Source of the DNA: an uncultured Sphingobacteriaceae bacterium
Lineage (GTDB): Bacteria; Bacteroidota; Bacteroidia; Sphingobacteriales; Sphingobacteriaceae
Assembly: GCA_963795585.1 (NCBI GenBank)
Contig: CAWCIO010000013.1
Coordinates: forward strand, 336,770-400,769
Direction of reading: 5' to 3'
DNA: 64,000 nucleotides
Under the pieces are notes generated by a model, which was not told the DNA's origin, searched no databases, and saw nothing but the letters and a program-made list of their open reading frames with translations. Position 1 is the stretch's first letter. Each line of letters begins with the position of its first letter. This document shows, piece after piece, positions 19,686-30,392 of this stretch. The position numbers and the translations under genes were made by a program.

Positions 19686-20201
19686 TTACTGTGGTTTTAC
19701 GCGGTTAAATACAAAAAGGTCTTCGAATACCCACTTGCCATCATTTTGGTTACCACGAGCAATGACAAACTGATTGGCTGAGCGTTTTTCATAACTGATA
19801 CGTAAGCCAGGATCTCCTTCTTTCTGAAAGATCGCCTTGTCCTTGCCGGCTTCCACAAAATTATAACGGTCCTGTTTGTCTTTTTCTTCCTGCCCTATTA
19901 GTCCTGGCTGAAAGTGTTTTACCATTGAAACCAGTCCTTTTTCTGTTTGTTCGTAAGCCAGGATCTCGTAAAGATCTGCTTTTCCGCTTTTCATCATGCG
20001 CATAAAGCCCAGGATATTTTCGCCTTCTGGTTGTAGCCAAACGCCGTCTATTACCTGACCTTGTTTGGTTGTTGCCTTCCAATGCCCTTGGATAAAGGAT
20101 ACGTCTGCAACTGAACCAGCTTTGGATTGTGCCGGACAACTCATTGGGTTAAACAAGGAGCATAATATAAAAAGCAATAAAAGAGAGTAAGTATATTTCA
20201 T
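19686..20201 (-). CDS. Secreted DUF6265-like protein
   Basis: Signal peptide; VSFIQGHW, W..PEGENILG.MR, LYE and VKHF motifs. Confidence 0.65.
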   Translation of the reverse strand: MKYTYSLLLLFILCSLFNPMSCPAQSKAGSVADVSFIQGHWKATTKQGQVIDGVWLQPEGENILGFMRMMKSGKADLYEILAYEQTEKGLVSMVKHFQPGLIGQEEKDKQDRYNFVEAGKDKAIFQKEGDPGLRISYEKRSANQFVIARGNQNDGKWVFEDLFVFNRVKPQ

Positions 20202-20274
20202 GAGTACTTAGCCTAAGTAATTTTCATTAAATATACATAAAGCTTATCACTACCAGAAAAAAAGCGTTGACAGC

Positions 20275-20694
20275 TTATTGGATATAGTCTGCTGATCTAT
20301 GCAGTTTTTGAAATTCCCGAAGATCTTTTGCATAATTATTAATCGCCTTTTTTAAAGTTCGGTTGACCTGTTCCATCAATGCAGCTTTTTCCACTTTCAT
20401 TTCAGAACAGCCTAATTGAATCTCGGCTGTCGACAGCTTGTTTTTGTCGGTGAAGGGCTTGATGCTGATCAAAGGTTGAGGATTCGATTCCTCATGTATC
20501 GTTTTCATCAAATGGTAAAGCCATGCCTTTAAGTTGCTTTCGGGTCTGTATGTAGCAGAATCCTGCAGCGCCCGAATGATCGTGTCCTGCACCAGTTCTT
20601 CAGCCTGCTCAGGTTGACTGCTGAACTGGACAGCGAAGACATCTAGCGTGGGTTTTTCCCTGCAGATCAAATAGTTTAAAGTAGAAATTTCCAT
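20275..20694 (-). CDS. Sigma-70 region-2-only (truncated ECF-sigma-like) protein
   Basis: AEELVQDTIIRAL...YRPESNLKAWLYHLMK resembles ECF region 2; 139 aa with no recognisable region-4 HTH. Confidence 0.65.
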   Translation of the reverse strand: MEISTLNYLICREKPTLDVFAVQFSSQPEQAEELVQDTIIRALQDSATYRPESNLKAWLYHLMKTIHEESNPQPLISIKPFTDKNKLSTAEIQLGCSEMKVEKAALMEQVNRTLKKAINNYAKDLREFQKLHRSADYIQ

Positions 20695-20730
20695 AGGTAG
20701 GGAGTTTTAAGCGGTTATGAAGGATGAATC

Positions 20731-20746
20731 AGCAAATCTTGTACCG
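20731..20746 (-). promoter_or_regulatory. Putative sigma-54 (-24/-12) promoter of the sigma-fragment gene
   Basis: Minus strand CGGTACAAGATTTGCT = GG-N10-GC with TTGC, about 37 nt upstream of the ATG. Confidence 0.55.
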
Positions 20747-20853
20747 ATACGTACTTTGCAATTAACTAGTTACAAAAGCTTAAGGGCTGGCTTAGTTTTT
20801 GTTTACCATGCTTTGTGTGAAACTCATTAAAGAGTGATGAACTATTACAAATT

Positions 20854-21372
20854 ATGAAAAAAAAATATTGGATTTTTTCTGTGGCCATTCTTGCATTTTT
20901 TGCATGTAATGAGCCTAAGAAAGGCAATACCGAAGCTGTATCAGATACAGCAACTGCAAATGAGGTACATATAGAAAATAGAGGTAAAATCTTTGCACGT
21001 ATGCAGACCGATAAAGTCATCAAAGGAACTGATTCGGTGATGCTGACCTTCAGTGTGTACAATCCGGCGGATTCTGTGCAGGAATTCTGTAAATGGCATA
21101 CGCCATTTGAACCCTTAATAAGCAAGTACCTTGATATTAAAAATGAAAAGGGGGAAGAAGTGGCGTACAAAGGCGCGATGGCCAAGCGGATGATGCCCGC
21201 CCCGGCTGATAGCTATGTGAAAGTAAATCCAAAGGAAACATTGAGTACAAAGGTAGACTTGCTGCTCGGATATGACCTTAAAACAGGAAATAAGTACACC
21301 ATCGTGTACGCAGGAGAAAACATGAGTGGGCTGTCGGTTCGCGATACGGTTTCATTTGTATATGAAAAGTAG
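20854..21372 (+). CDS. Lipoprotein resembling a stand-alone M35 metalloprotease pro-domain
   Basis: Lipobox FFAC; KWHTPFE, VAYKGAMAKR, VDL..YDL; no HExxH. Confidence 0.55.
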   Translation: MKKKYWIFSVAILAFFACNEPKKGNTEAVSDTATANEVHIENRGKIFARMQTDKVIKGTDSVMLTFSVYNPADSVQEFCKWHTPFEPLISKYLDIKNEKGEEVAYKGAMAKRMMPAPADSYVKVNPKETLSTKVDLLLGYDLKTGNKYTIVYAGENMSGLSVRDTVSFVYEK

Positions 21373-21420
21373 AGGTAGGATTTGTTTGCTATCGAACTGA
21401 TTGTGTCATAGCATTTTTAA

Positions 21421-21490
21421 TTTGCGAAAATATTTCTTACATTTGCGAAGTAATAGCGATAAGAGGGGGCAGGAGTCCCCTCTTTTCTGT
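21421..21490 (+). promoter_or_regulatory. rimP operon promoter and leader hairpin
   Basis: TTTG (21421) and TACATTTG (21438-21445) match -33/-7 boxes; leader stem AAGAGGGGGC-AGGA-GTCCCCTCTT followed by T residues. Confidence 0.7.
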
Positions 21491-21506
21491 TACTGGTAAA
21501 TTGGTT

Positions 21507-21974
21507 ATGCAGGTAGAAAAAAGAGTTAAAGAGTTAGTTGAAGAAAAAATTGCGGACAGACCGGAGTTGTTTTTGGTAGAGGTTAAAATGCTTCCTAACA
21601 ATAAGCTTATTATTCATGTTGATGGTGATGAAGGGATTAGCATTCAGGATTGTGCGGCAATAAGCAGGCATGTCGGTTTTCATCTGGAAGAAGAAAACAC
21701 GATTGAGAAGGCCTATAATTTAGAAGTATCATCTCCTGGTATAGGTGAGCCTTTGAAATTGAAACGCCAATATGATAAAAATATTGGTCGTGAGGTAAGT
21801 ATTAAAGTTGGAAGGCGGTGAATAAAGGAAGGCAAATTGCTTTCAGTTACATGAACGATGGAATTGTGATTGAAGACAAAGTAAAAGAAAAAGGGAAAAA
21901 AGCTGCAGCTTGTGGAAACAGCTGTTAACTTTAATAATATAACAGAAACAAAGGTTTTAATATCATTTAAATAA
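21507..21974 (+). CDS. rimP: Ribosome maturation factor RimP (frameshifted near 21815-21910)
   Basis: DGDEGISIQDCAAISR, YNLEVSSPG, first gene of rimP-nusA-infB; ends ISFK-TAA at 21974. Confidence 0.92.
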
Positions 21975-21976
21975 AA

Positions 21977-23222
21977 ATGAGCAATATTAATTTAATCGAT
22001 TCTTTTCAGGAGTTTAAAGACTTCAAAAACATCGACCGCCCAACGATGATGAGCGTGCTGGAAGACGTTTTCAGAAGCATGATCAGTAAAAAATATGGAA
22101 CTGATGAAAATTGTGACGTAATTGTGAACACGGACAACGGTGACTTGGAGATCTGGCGTACCCGTAAGGTAATGGAAGATGGTTTTTCTGAAGATGATGA
22201 TCTGGAAATTGAACTTGCAGAAGCTAAAACAGATTGATCCGGATCTGGAAGTTGGCGACGAGTATATTGAGCAGATCACTTTGGAAAGCTTTGGCCGCCG
22301 TGCTATTTTAGCTGCACGCCAGACACTGGTTTCTAAAGTACTGGAGTTAGAGAAAGACGAGATCTTCAAAAAATATAAAGACCGTGTTGGTGAGATCGTA
22401 ACCGGCGAGGTTTACCAGGTTTGGAAAAAAGAAACTTTGGTGCTGGATGATGAAGGCAACGAATTGTTGTTGCCTAAAACAGAGCAGATTCCTGCCGATT
22501 ATTTCAAAAAAGGCGATGCATGTAAGAGCTGTGATTTCTAAAGTGGATATGATGAACAGCAACTCCTAAGATCATCATTTCGCGTACTGCTCCTGAGTTT
22601 TTACAGCGTTTGTTTGAGACTGGAAGTTCCGGAGATTTTTGACGGTTTGATCACCATCAAAAAAATTGTTCGTGAACCGGGCGAAAGGGCTAAAGTTGCT
22701 GTAGAATCTTATGATGACCGTATTGATCCGGTAGGTGCCTGTGTGGGTATGAAAGGATCACGTATCCATGGTATCGTTCGCGAATTGAAAAATGAAAATA
22801 TTGATGTGATCAACTTTACCAATAATATTTCAGTTATATATTACAGCGTGCTTTAGTCGCCGGCTAAAATCACTTCCATTAAATTGGATGATGAGAACAA
22901 AACATGCTGCGGTTTATTTAAAACCCGACCAGGTATCATTGGCTATTGGTCGTGGTGGACATAACATTAAACTGGCAGGTAAATTAACAGGTTATGAAAT
23001 AGATGTTTACCGTGAAGCTGGCGAGGAAGATGAGGATGTGGATATCGAAGAATTCTCAGATGAAATTGATAGCTGGATCATTGATGAGTTTAAAGCGATC
23101 GGTTGCGATACCGCAAAAGCGTATTGGCACTTAACGGTAGACGAATTGGTGAAACGTACCGACCTGGAAGAAGAAACCATTAAAGAAGTGATTATCAATT
23201 CTGCAAGGCAGAGTTTGAATAA
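21977..23222 (+). CDS. nusA: Transcription termination/antitermination factor NusA (several frameshifts)
   Basis: FGRRAILAARQ, EVPEIFDG, REPGERAKVAV, DPVGACVGMKGSRI, SLAIGRGGHNIKLA. Confidence 0.95.
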
Positions 23223-23297
23223 ACAGAATGGTTAAGCATGAAATTAACAAGAATAACGTATTTTTGTATAATAATTAAGAAAAAAATAGGATAATAA

Positions 23298-26200
23298 ATG
23301 TCAGACGACAAACCAATAAAATTATTTAAAGCAGTAAAGGAACTTAACATAGGTATGGGTACGGCCGTTGAGTTTTTAGAAAAAAAGGCTTTTCTGTTGA
23401 GAATAAACCCACTGACTAAACTCTACCGGCGACATGTATAATGCCTTTTGAAAGAGTTTCAGGGGATAAAATCGTAAAAGAAGAAGCCAATCAGATTAGT
23501 TATTGGTAAAATACGTCGTGATGAGCCTGAGATAGCTGAGAAAGCTGCTGAAGCGCCTAGAAAAAATGTCGAGTTTGAGAACGAAGAGATTTTGATCAAA
23601 AATGCTGCAATACATACAGTCCTCCTGCTGAAAAACCTAAGGAAGAAGCTCCTGCTAAACCAGGCCGGTTGAGCAAAGAAGCAGAAGATAAAGCAGAAGA
23701 AGGTGCATTGCCTGGTGTGAAAATAGTTGGAAAGATAGATCTTGATGATCTTAAATTCTAAAACACGCCCTGTGAAAAAAGAAGAAAGCCCTGTTGCTGA
23801 GCCCGAGGCACCCGTAGTACAGGAAGCACCTAAAGAGGTAGTTAAGGAAGAAGCTCCAGTTGAACAACCTGTGGAACCGTAAAACCTGTAGTTGAGGAAA
23901 AACCAGTGGAAGTGCCAAAAGCGGAAGAAGTTAAACCTGTTGCTGAGGCGCCTAAACCTGTTGAAGCTCCAGTAGTGAAAGCTACCTGAACCTACCGTGC
24001 CTAAACTGAAGCACCAGTAGCAGCCAAAACCTGAAGAAGACTGAAGTAATCAAAGCACGTTCGGTAAAACTTAACCGGTCCAAACATTATTGGTAAAATT
24101 ACTTTGCCGGTTAACACCTGACCGTAAATCGCAGCCTGTTGCATCATCTAGCTGATAGTGCAGATGCACAAACGCAAACGTAAACGTAAAGAAAACTCCT
24201 GGAGGACATCCAGGTCAGCCCGGAACAATCTCCAGCTGGCGGTCAACAGCAAGGTACTGGCAACCTGGACAAGCAGGTCAGCAGCGCACACCGCCCTACC
24301 TTTGGCAAACAGACCTGATTTCAGGAACAATACAAATAATACAGCCAACAGGCCAAACTTTAGAAACAGTAAGCCGGGAGCTACCAACTGGACGGTCCTA
24401 AAGAAGAACCTACAGAAAAAGAAATACAAGACCAGATCAAAGCAACACTTGCCCGTTTAAGCGGTGCAGGTAAATCTGGTAAATTTGCACAGCGTGCAAA
24501 ATTCCGTCGTCAAAAACGTGATGATGTGGCGCATGTCTGCGGAAGAACTGGCAATGGAGCAGGAATTGCAATCAAAAGTATTAAAGGTTACCGAGTTTGT
24601 TACGGCAAATGAGTTGGCTATCATGATGGATGTACCGGTTACACAAGATTATCTCTACCTGTATGAGTCTTGGGTATGTTCGTATCCATCAACCAACGTT
24701 TGGATGCAGAAACATTGACCATTGTTGCCGATGAATTTGGTTACCAGATTGAGTTTGTAAAACCAGAGGATGAAGAAGCGAATGTAATTGAAGAAGAAGA
24801 TGCACCAGAAGATTTGATTACCACGTGCACCGATTGTAACCATTATGGGTCACGTCGATCACGGTAAAACATCATTGCTGGATTATATCCGTAAAGCAAA
24901 CGTAGTAGCTGGTGAAGCAGGTGGTATTACCCAGCACATTGGTGCTTACAAGGTAACTACACCGACAGGTAAAAAAGTAACCTTCCTGGATACACCGGGT
25001 CACGAAGCGTTTACCGCGATGCGTGCACGTGGTGCAAAGGTAACAGATATTGTAATTATTGTAATTGCTGCGGATGATAGCGTGATGCCGCAAACCCGAG
25101 AGGCCATCAACCACGCGCAGGCTGCAGGTGTACCTATTCATATTTGCATTCAATAAAATTGATAGGCCGGGTGCAAACGCGATAAGATCCGTGAGCAATT
25201 ATCGGCCATGAATATTTTGGTTGAAGAATGGGGTGGTAAATATCCAGTCGCAGGAAATCTCGGCTAAAAGAGGTTTAAATGTAGATTTGCTGTTAGAAAA
25301 AGTATTACTGGAAGCAGAATTATTTGAACTAAAAGCAAATCCTAATAAACGTGCTATAGGTACTGTAATTGAAGCTACGCTTAGATAAAGGCCGTGGTAT
25401 TGTAACTACAGTATCTGGTGCAGGCAGGTACACTTAAAAGTTGGTGATCCAATACTGGCCGGTAGTTATAGCGGACGTGTTAAAGCATTGACCAACGAAC
25501 GTGGTCAGAAAGTAGATAAAGCAGGTCCATCAACACCGGTACAGGTATTGGGTATGCAAGGTGCACCTACAGCAGGTGATAAGTTTCAATGCATTGGAAA
25601 GTGAAGTTGAAGCACGAGAAATTGCCAACAAACGTTTACAATTACAACGCGAACAGGGTTTGCGTACACAGAAACACATTACGCTTGGATGAGATCGGCC
25701 GTCGTTTGGCAATCGGTAACTTTAAAGAGCTTAACATCATTGTTAAAGGTGACGTGGATGGTTCGATCGAGGCATTATCAGATTCATTATTGAAACTATC
25801 TACACCAGAGATCCAGGTCAATATCATCAGCAAAGCAGTAGGTCAGATTTCAGAATCTGATGTATTGTTGGCTTCAGCATCAGATGCGATCATTATCGGT
25901 TTCCAGGTACGTCCTTCGCCAGGTGCGCGTAAACTGGCCGAAGCAGGAGCAGATTGATATCCGTTTATACTCTATCATCTACGATGCGATCAACGAGATC
26001 AAGGCGGCAATGGAAGGTATGTTTGCTCCAGAGTTTGAAGAGAAGATTGTGGCGAACGTTGAGATCCGCGAAACCTTCAAGATCACTAAAGTGGGTACAA
26101 TTGCAGGATGTATGGTGTTGGATGGTAAGATTACCCGTAACAGCAAGATCCGTATCGTACGAGATGGTGTGGTGATTTACACAGGTGAACTTGCTTCATT

Positions 26201-26337
26201 AAAACGTTTTAAAGATGATGTGAAAGAAGTAACTAGCAGGTTACGAGTGCGGTTTGAACATTCAGAACTTCAATAACATTGAAGTTGGCGATATCGTAGA
26301 AGCTTACGAACAAGTAGAAGTAAAACGTAAACTGTAA
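23298..26337 (+). CDS. infB: Translation initiation factor IF-2 (many frameshifts)
   Basis: [62 protein letters not shown]; ATG 23298, TAA 26337. Confidence 0.97.
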
Positions 26338-26360
26338 AACAGGTTTAAATATATTATCGC

Positions 26361-26391
26361 AAAGCGCCTTATTTATAAGGCGCTTTTTTTT
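26361..26391. terminator. Intrinsic terminator after infB
   Basis: AAAGCGCCTTA-TTTA-TAAGGCGCTTT followed by a T-run. Confidence 0.9.
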
Positions 26392-26406
26392 GAGGTATTT
26401 AATAAA

Positions 26407-27321
26407 CTAGCGTCTTTTTTTCAGTTGTTTCCATAATGTCCCAATCAGGATCTTATAATACATTGATCTGGAAGTGCGCGGATTTTTAAATAACTGTTCT
26501 ATTTTTGATCGAAAGGCAGGTTCCAGTATATTTCTAACCGGGCGGTATTCTCTATACTGCTGTTTAAAAGCTTTGGAATAATCTCTTTCTGAAATCAGCT
26601 TTCGACTGAAAAGAATATTGATGATCTCGAGGATCTCTGTGAAATTCAGACCGCTTTTAATTGCTTTACCGCTGACATCATTGTCGTGTTTTCTGAAGTA
26701 ATTGAGGAGCCTTCCACTGATGTGTACTTTGCCGAGTAAACAAAGTTCTATCCAGAAGAACCAGTCGCCGCACAGCTTATAATCTTTATATCCCATGCTG
26801 ATCTGCGGAAACATCGATTTTCTCCATAGTACCATACTGGCATTGAAGATTGGATTGTGTATCAGCATTTGATTGCGCATGAAACTTTCGCCATCTACCA
26901 TTTCGGACAATTGATCGTGGTTTGAGCTCCAGATGATTTTGTTGCTTCCCTGTACGCAGTAGGACTGACAGTAGCTGATTACACATTCTTCATCCTGTTG
27001 AATGCCCTCTACAAGGAATTCAAGTAAGGTAGGTTCGCACCAATCGTCGCTTTCTGCGATCCATATGAATTCTCCGGACGCCAGCGAAATTCCTTTTTCC
27101 CACTGTTTAAAAGTACTACCACTATTGCTTTCCCCGTATATAATATGACTTACCTGTTCGTTTTCCCTATAACTCTCTATAATTTCTTTGCTAAGGTCAT
27201 GGGAACAGTCATCCAATATGATCACTTCAAAATCACGAAAGGTCTGATTTAACACACTATCTATCCTTTGTCTGAGGTAAGCTGCATGATTATAATTTGG
27301 AACGATCACTGATACCAGCAT
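26407..27321 (-). CDS. Glycosyltransferase family 2
   Basis: VSVIVPNYNH, IILDDCS, IWIAESDD. Confidence 0.92.
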   Translation of the reverse strand: MLVSVIVPNYNHAAYLRQRIDSVLNQTFRDFEVIILDDCSHDLSKEIIESYRENEQVSHIIYGESNSGSTFKQWEKGISLASGEFIWIAESDDWCEPTLLEFLVEGIQQDEECVISYCQSYCVQGSNKIIWSSNHDQLSEMVDGESFMRNQMLIHNPIFNASMVLWRKSMFPQISMGYKDYKLCGDWFFWIELCLLGKVHISGRLLNYFRKHDNDVSGKAIKSGLNFTEILEIINILFSRKLISERDYSKAFKQQYREYRPVRNILEPAFRSKIEQLFKNPRTSRSMYYKILIGTLWKQLKKRR

Positions 27322-27451
27322 ATGGCCTGATGTATTGAATTATATATGTTTTCGATTAAAACCAAAGGTAATATGTCTTTTGCAAATAAAGATAAAGGAA
27401 GATAATTATCTGAAATTTTAAATTGGCTTTTTCTCTAGTTATATTTGCTAA

Positions 27452-28312
27452 ATGGCTATTATAAAAGTAGGATTTCTGATCTCTTATGATTACGAGTTTA
27501 TAAAAACTTCTTTACCGAGGGTGTATGATTATGTAGATGAAATTTATTTTGCTGTTGATGCTGATGGGCTTACCTGGTCTGGAGAACCATTTAGGATAGA
27601 GGAGGAGTTTTGGAACTGGATAGCTGAAATTGATAAAGCTAAAAAAATCAATATATACAGGGATCATTTTTACGTCCCTGGATTAACCCCAATTGAATGC
27701 GACACCCGAGAAAGAAATCTTTTAGGAGAACAAATGGGGGAAGCAGATTGGTATATTCAAGTTGATTCAGATGAATATTTTATTGACTTTCCATCATTTA
27801 TCCATAGACTTGAACAGTTTAAACCAGTTGGTCCTGTTACAATTGCATGTAGAGTATTGACATTGTTTAAAAAAGTTTCGAACGGATATTTATTTATCGC
27901 GGAATCTGTTGAAACACTTGATTTTGCTACTAATAACCCGGTATATGATGTAGCAAGAAATAATACCTCAGGGAATGAGCAAATTTGTTGGGAAGACATG
28001 GTTTTGCATCAAAGTTGGGCAAGAACCTCTGAGGAAATTTATTTTAAACTACAAAACTGGGGGCACAAAGATGATTTTAATGTAGACAGCTTTTTTAAGA
28101 TATGGGCTGCTATAGATGAGCACAACCATCATATAATTAAAAACTTTCATCCTCTATGGCCGGGTATTTGGCCTCGTCTTAAATTTGTTAAGGGAAACGT
28201 TCAGCAAATTCTTAATTTAGACATAGTAAAGGCTATTACTGAACCAGAAGTAAAAGCGGTCAAAAAAAAGCCACTTTTATCCCGGTTATGGAAGGAAATC
28301 AAGTCAAAATAA
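27452..28312 (+). CDS. GT-A fold putative glycosyltransferase
   Basis: DWYIQVDSDE (DxD) motif, VLHQSW; located inside the GT cluster. Confidence 0.6.
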   Translation: MAIIKVGFLISYDYEFIKTSLPRVYDYVDEIYFAVDADGLTWSGEPFRIEEEFWNWIAEIDKAKKINIYRDHFYVPGLTPIECDTRERNLLGEQMGEADWYIQVDSDEYFIDFPSFIHRLEQFKPVGPVTIACRVLTLFKKVSNGYLFIAESVETLDFATNNPVYDVARNNTSGNEQICWEDMVLHQSWARTSEEIYFKLQNWGHKDDFNVDSFFKIWAAIDEHNHHIIKNFHPLWPGIWPRLKFVKGNVQQILNLDIVKAITEPEVKAVKKKPLLSRLWKEIKSK

Positions 28313-28327
28313 GGCATTAATTTAAAT

Positions 28328-29560
28328 CTATTTTTTCAATTGCCATTTTACGAAACTAAAAATCTTAAGACGGCCAAATAGATAACTGCATCTTTTCTTG
28401 TAATCATTAGCCATTTCTTCTGAATAAGTCTGTAATAGGCTTTGTTCTTGGTAATGACTTGTGGATAGCTTAAAGTGGCTTAAAATCAACTGTTCCATGC
28501 TGCTGACTATTCGTTGGGCTTTATAAGCCTTGGAGACCTTTAATTTTGATTCTGCAGACAATTGCTGACGTACCGCTGGTTTTTTGTACAGGTAATGTAA
28601 TGCATTCGCTATAGCACTTTTACTGTGTCTGACTACGATTCCATTGATTTCATTGTCAATAAGCTCGATTTGGGCATTGTCCTTCTCTTCCGTGCTGATC
28701 GTTACTACCGGTATACCAATGGTCATGGCTTCTGCGATGACCATGCCAAAACTTTCCCCTATTTGACTAGCTGCCAGGAAGACATCCATAGATTTATAAT
28801 AGATCAGCAGATCCTGAAAATTTATGGTGGTATCCTGTATAATTAGCTTATCCTGTATCCCCAAAGAGGCTGCATGCGCAATCATTTCTGGGGTTGCACC
28901 TACAAGTAAGAATTTGGCATTTGGAACTTTTCTTGTAAATCTTTCAAAGCCTGTCAATGTAATCAGGTCAAATTTATGGTTGTCTGCTCTGCCAATTCTC
29001 CCTACAACGAAAGTGTTTTCGAGACCAGCTTTCTTTTTAAATTCTGAAACTTGCTGGTCGGTGGGCAACATCTCGTTGATATGGTCAACATCAACAGGAT
29101 TTGATAATACTTTTCGTTTATAGCTAAAGTTGTCCCTCAACTTAATGTCCCGTTTCATTCTGCGTACTAATGTCATCCTTGATACAAACAGGTCATAATC
29201 TATAAGTTTATATAAGGGTGAAGCATCATAGATACCAAAAACATTAGTTTGGATAACTAATTCAGGTTTATGCTCCTTAAGCACCTGGAAAAGCTCAGAA
29301 TCCAAGGAACCACCTCCATGCCAGTGTAATACATCAATATCCTTAAGAAGGGCCGGCAACTGACTGAAATCGCCATCTAATAAAATAACCTCAATGCCAA
29401 GATCTTCTAAAATTTGTACCCGTTCACCTCCTTCTAAAAAACTGACGACGGTAACATCAAAATATTGTTTGTTTAAAAATTTAGCGAATAATTGCAGCGT
29501 ATATTCTGTTCCGCCCAGTCCAAGTTGATTAACAGCCTCTAAAACCTTTATTTTTTTCAT
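28328..29560 (-). CDS. Glycosyltransferase family 4
   Basis: LGLGGTE, VGRIGR, GESFGMVIAEAM..GIPVV. Confidence 0.9.
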   Translation of the reverse strand: MKKIKVLEAVNQLGLGGTEYTLQLFAKFLNKQYFDVTVVSFLEGGERVQILEDLGIEVILLDGDFSQLPALLKDIDVLHWHGGGSLDSELFQVLKEHKPELVIQTNVFGIYDASPLYKLIDYDLFVSRMTLVRRMKRDIKLRDNFSYKRKVLSNPVDVDHINEMLPTDQQVSEFKKKAGLENTFVVGRIGRADNHKFDLITLTGFERFTRKVPNAKFLLVGATPEMIAHAASLGIQDKLIIQDTTINFQDLLIYYKSMDVFLAASQIGESFGMVIAEAMTIGIPVVTISTEEKDNAQIELIDNEINGIVVRHSKSAIANALHYLYKKPAVRQQLSAESKLKVSKAYKAQRIVSSMEQLILSHFKLSTSHYQEQSLLQTYSEEMANDYKKRCSYLFGRLKIFSFVKWQLKK

Positions 29561-29570
29561 TTACTTCCAA

Positions 29571-30392
29571 TTATAAGTCAATACCGACAGATTTTAAAAG
29601 GGGTGTCCAGAACCCGAGATTTCTATCCCATGCATGACAACCAAAGGGTAGATTCTCCTTGAGAAGTTGAAAAGCGTGCTCAGGATTGTTTTCTATGGAA
29701 AAATTGACAGCCGTTTTATAGTCAGGAATATTGAGCCGTTTATTTTTTCTATTGACCTCCATGCTCCAGAAAATGTCTTCGCCGAAATAATGTTCATTTC
29801 TGCTGTTATAAAAATCTATCATTTTGGTGTCGGTAAGACAAACCTCATAAAATTTTTTCGTATTTCTAAGTGAGAAGCCTCCGTTACCAACTTTATTCTC
29901 ACGCTGAAGTTCTGTAGGAAAAATTGTGTCGGGTTGTTTTAAGTCTAGCTTAATATGCCAGTATCTTAATATTTCTGTTTTTAACTTCTTAACAAAATCA
30001 GGGTATCGGGCATACCTGATCCAGGGGGCGCCTATGTAGTCATAGCCTGAATTGCACCAATAAAACAGCTCATCTTTAAATACAAAAACATCTGGCTGAT
30101 GAATCAGGATGAACGAATATTCCAGGAACTTTTCGTAGAAAACAGTTGACATCATGAGTTTATTATAGCCTGCAACATCAGCAAAATATTCATCATCAAA
30201 TGAAATAACCTCGTCAAATTTGAAATCATAACTGTTAAGATTCAAGCTGGAGGGTTTTACCGCGATTATCTTATGTTGATGTAGCACCTTGAAGCATTGC
30301 TGAACGGAAATCATTTCAAGTGAGTTGAGGCTTTCCTTATAAAGAGGTATAATAACTATGGGAACATTCTTCATATATCCTTTGAAATTCAA
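29571..30392 (-). CDS. DUF5672 family protein (GT-associated)
   Basis: GYNKLMMS..FY, QPDVFVF, YDYIGAPW, VGNGGFSLR, EDIFW, LPFGCHAW. Confidence 0.75.
   Translation of the reverse strand: MNFKGYMKNVPIVIIPLYKESLNSLEMISVQQCFKVLHQHKIIAVKPSSLNLNSYDFKFDEVISFDDEYFADVAGYNKLMMSTVFYEKFLEYSFILIHQPDVFVFKDELFYWCNSGYDYIGAPWIRYARYPDFVKKLKTEILRYWHIKLDLKQPDTIFPTELQRENKVGNGGFSLRNTKKFYEVCLTDTKMIDFYNSRNEHYFGEDIFWSMEVNRKNKRLNIPDYKTAVNFSIENNPEHAFQLLKENLPFGCHAWDRNLGFWTPLLKSVGIDL

Noticed and set aside
23500-24420. Repetitive CCTGTTG/GAAG-rich and CAGGTCAGC stretches as a DNA repeat array
   Set aside because: They encode the low-complexity Pro/Glu/Ala/Lys and Gly/Gln linker of the IF-2 N-terminus
21507-26337. Pseudogenisation or programmed frameshifting of rimP, nusA and infB
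   Set aside because: Essential genes with many scattered single-base indels and no slippery-site pattern; sequencing/assembly error is far more likely
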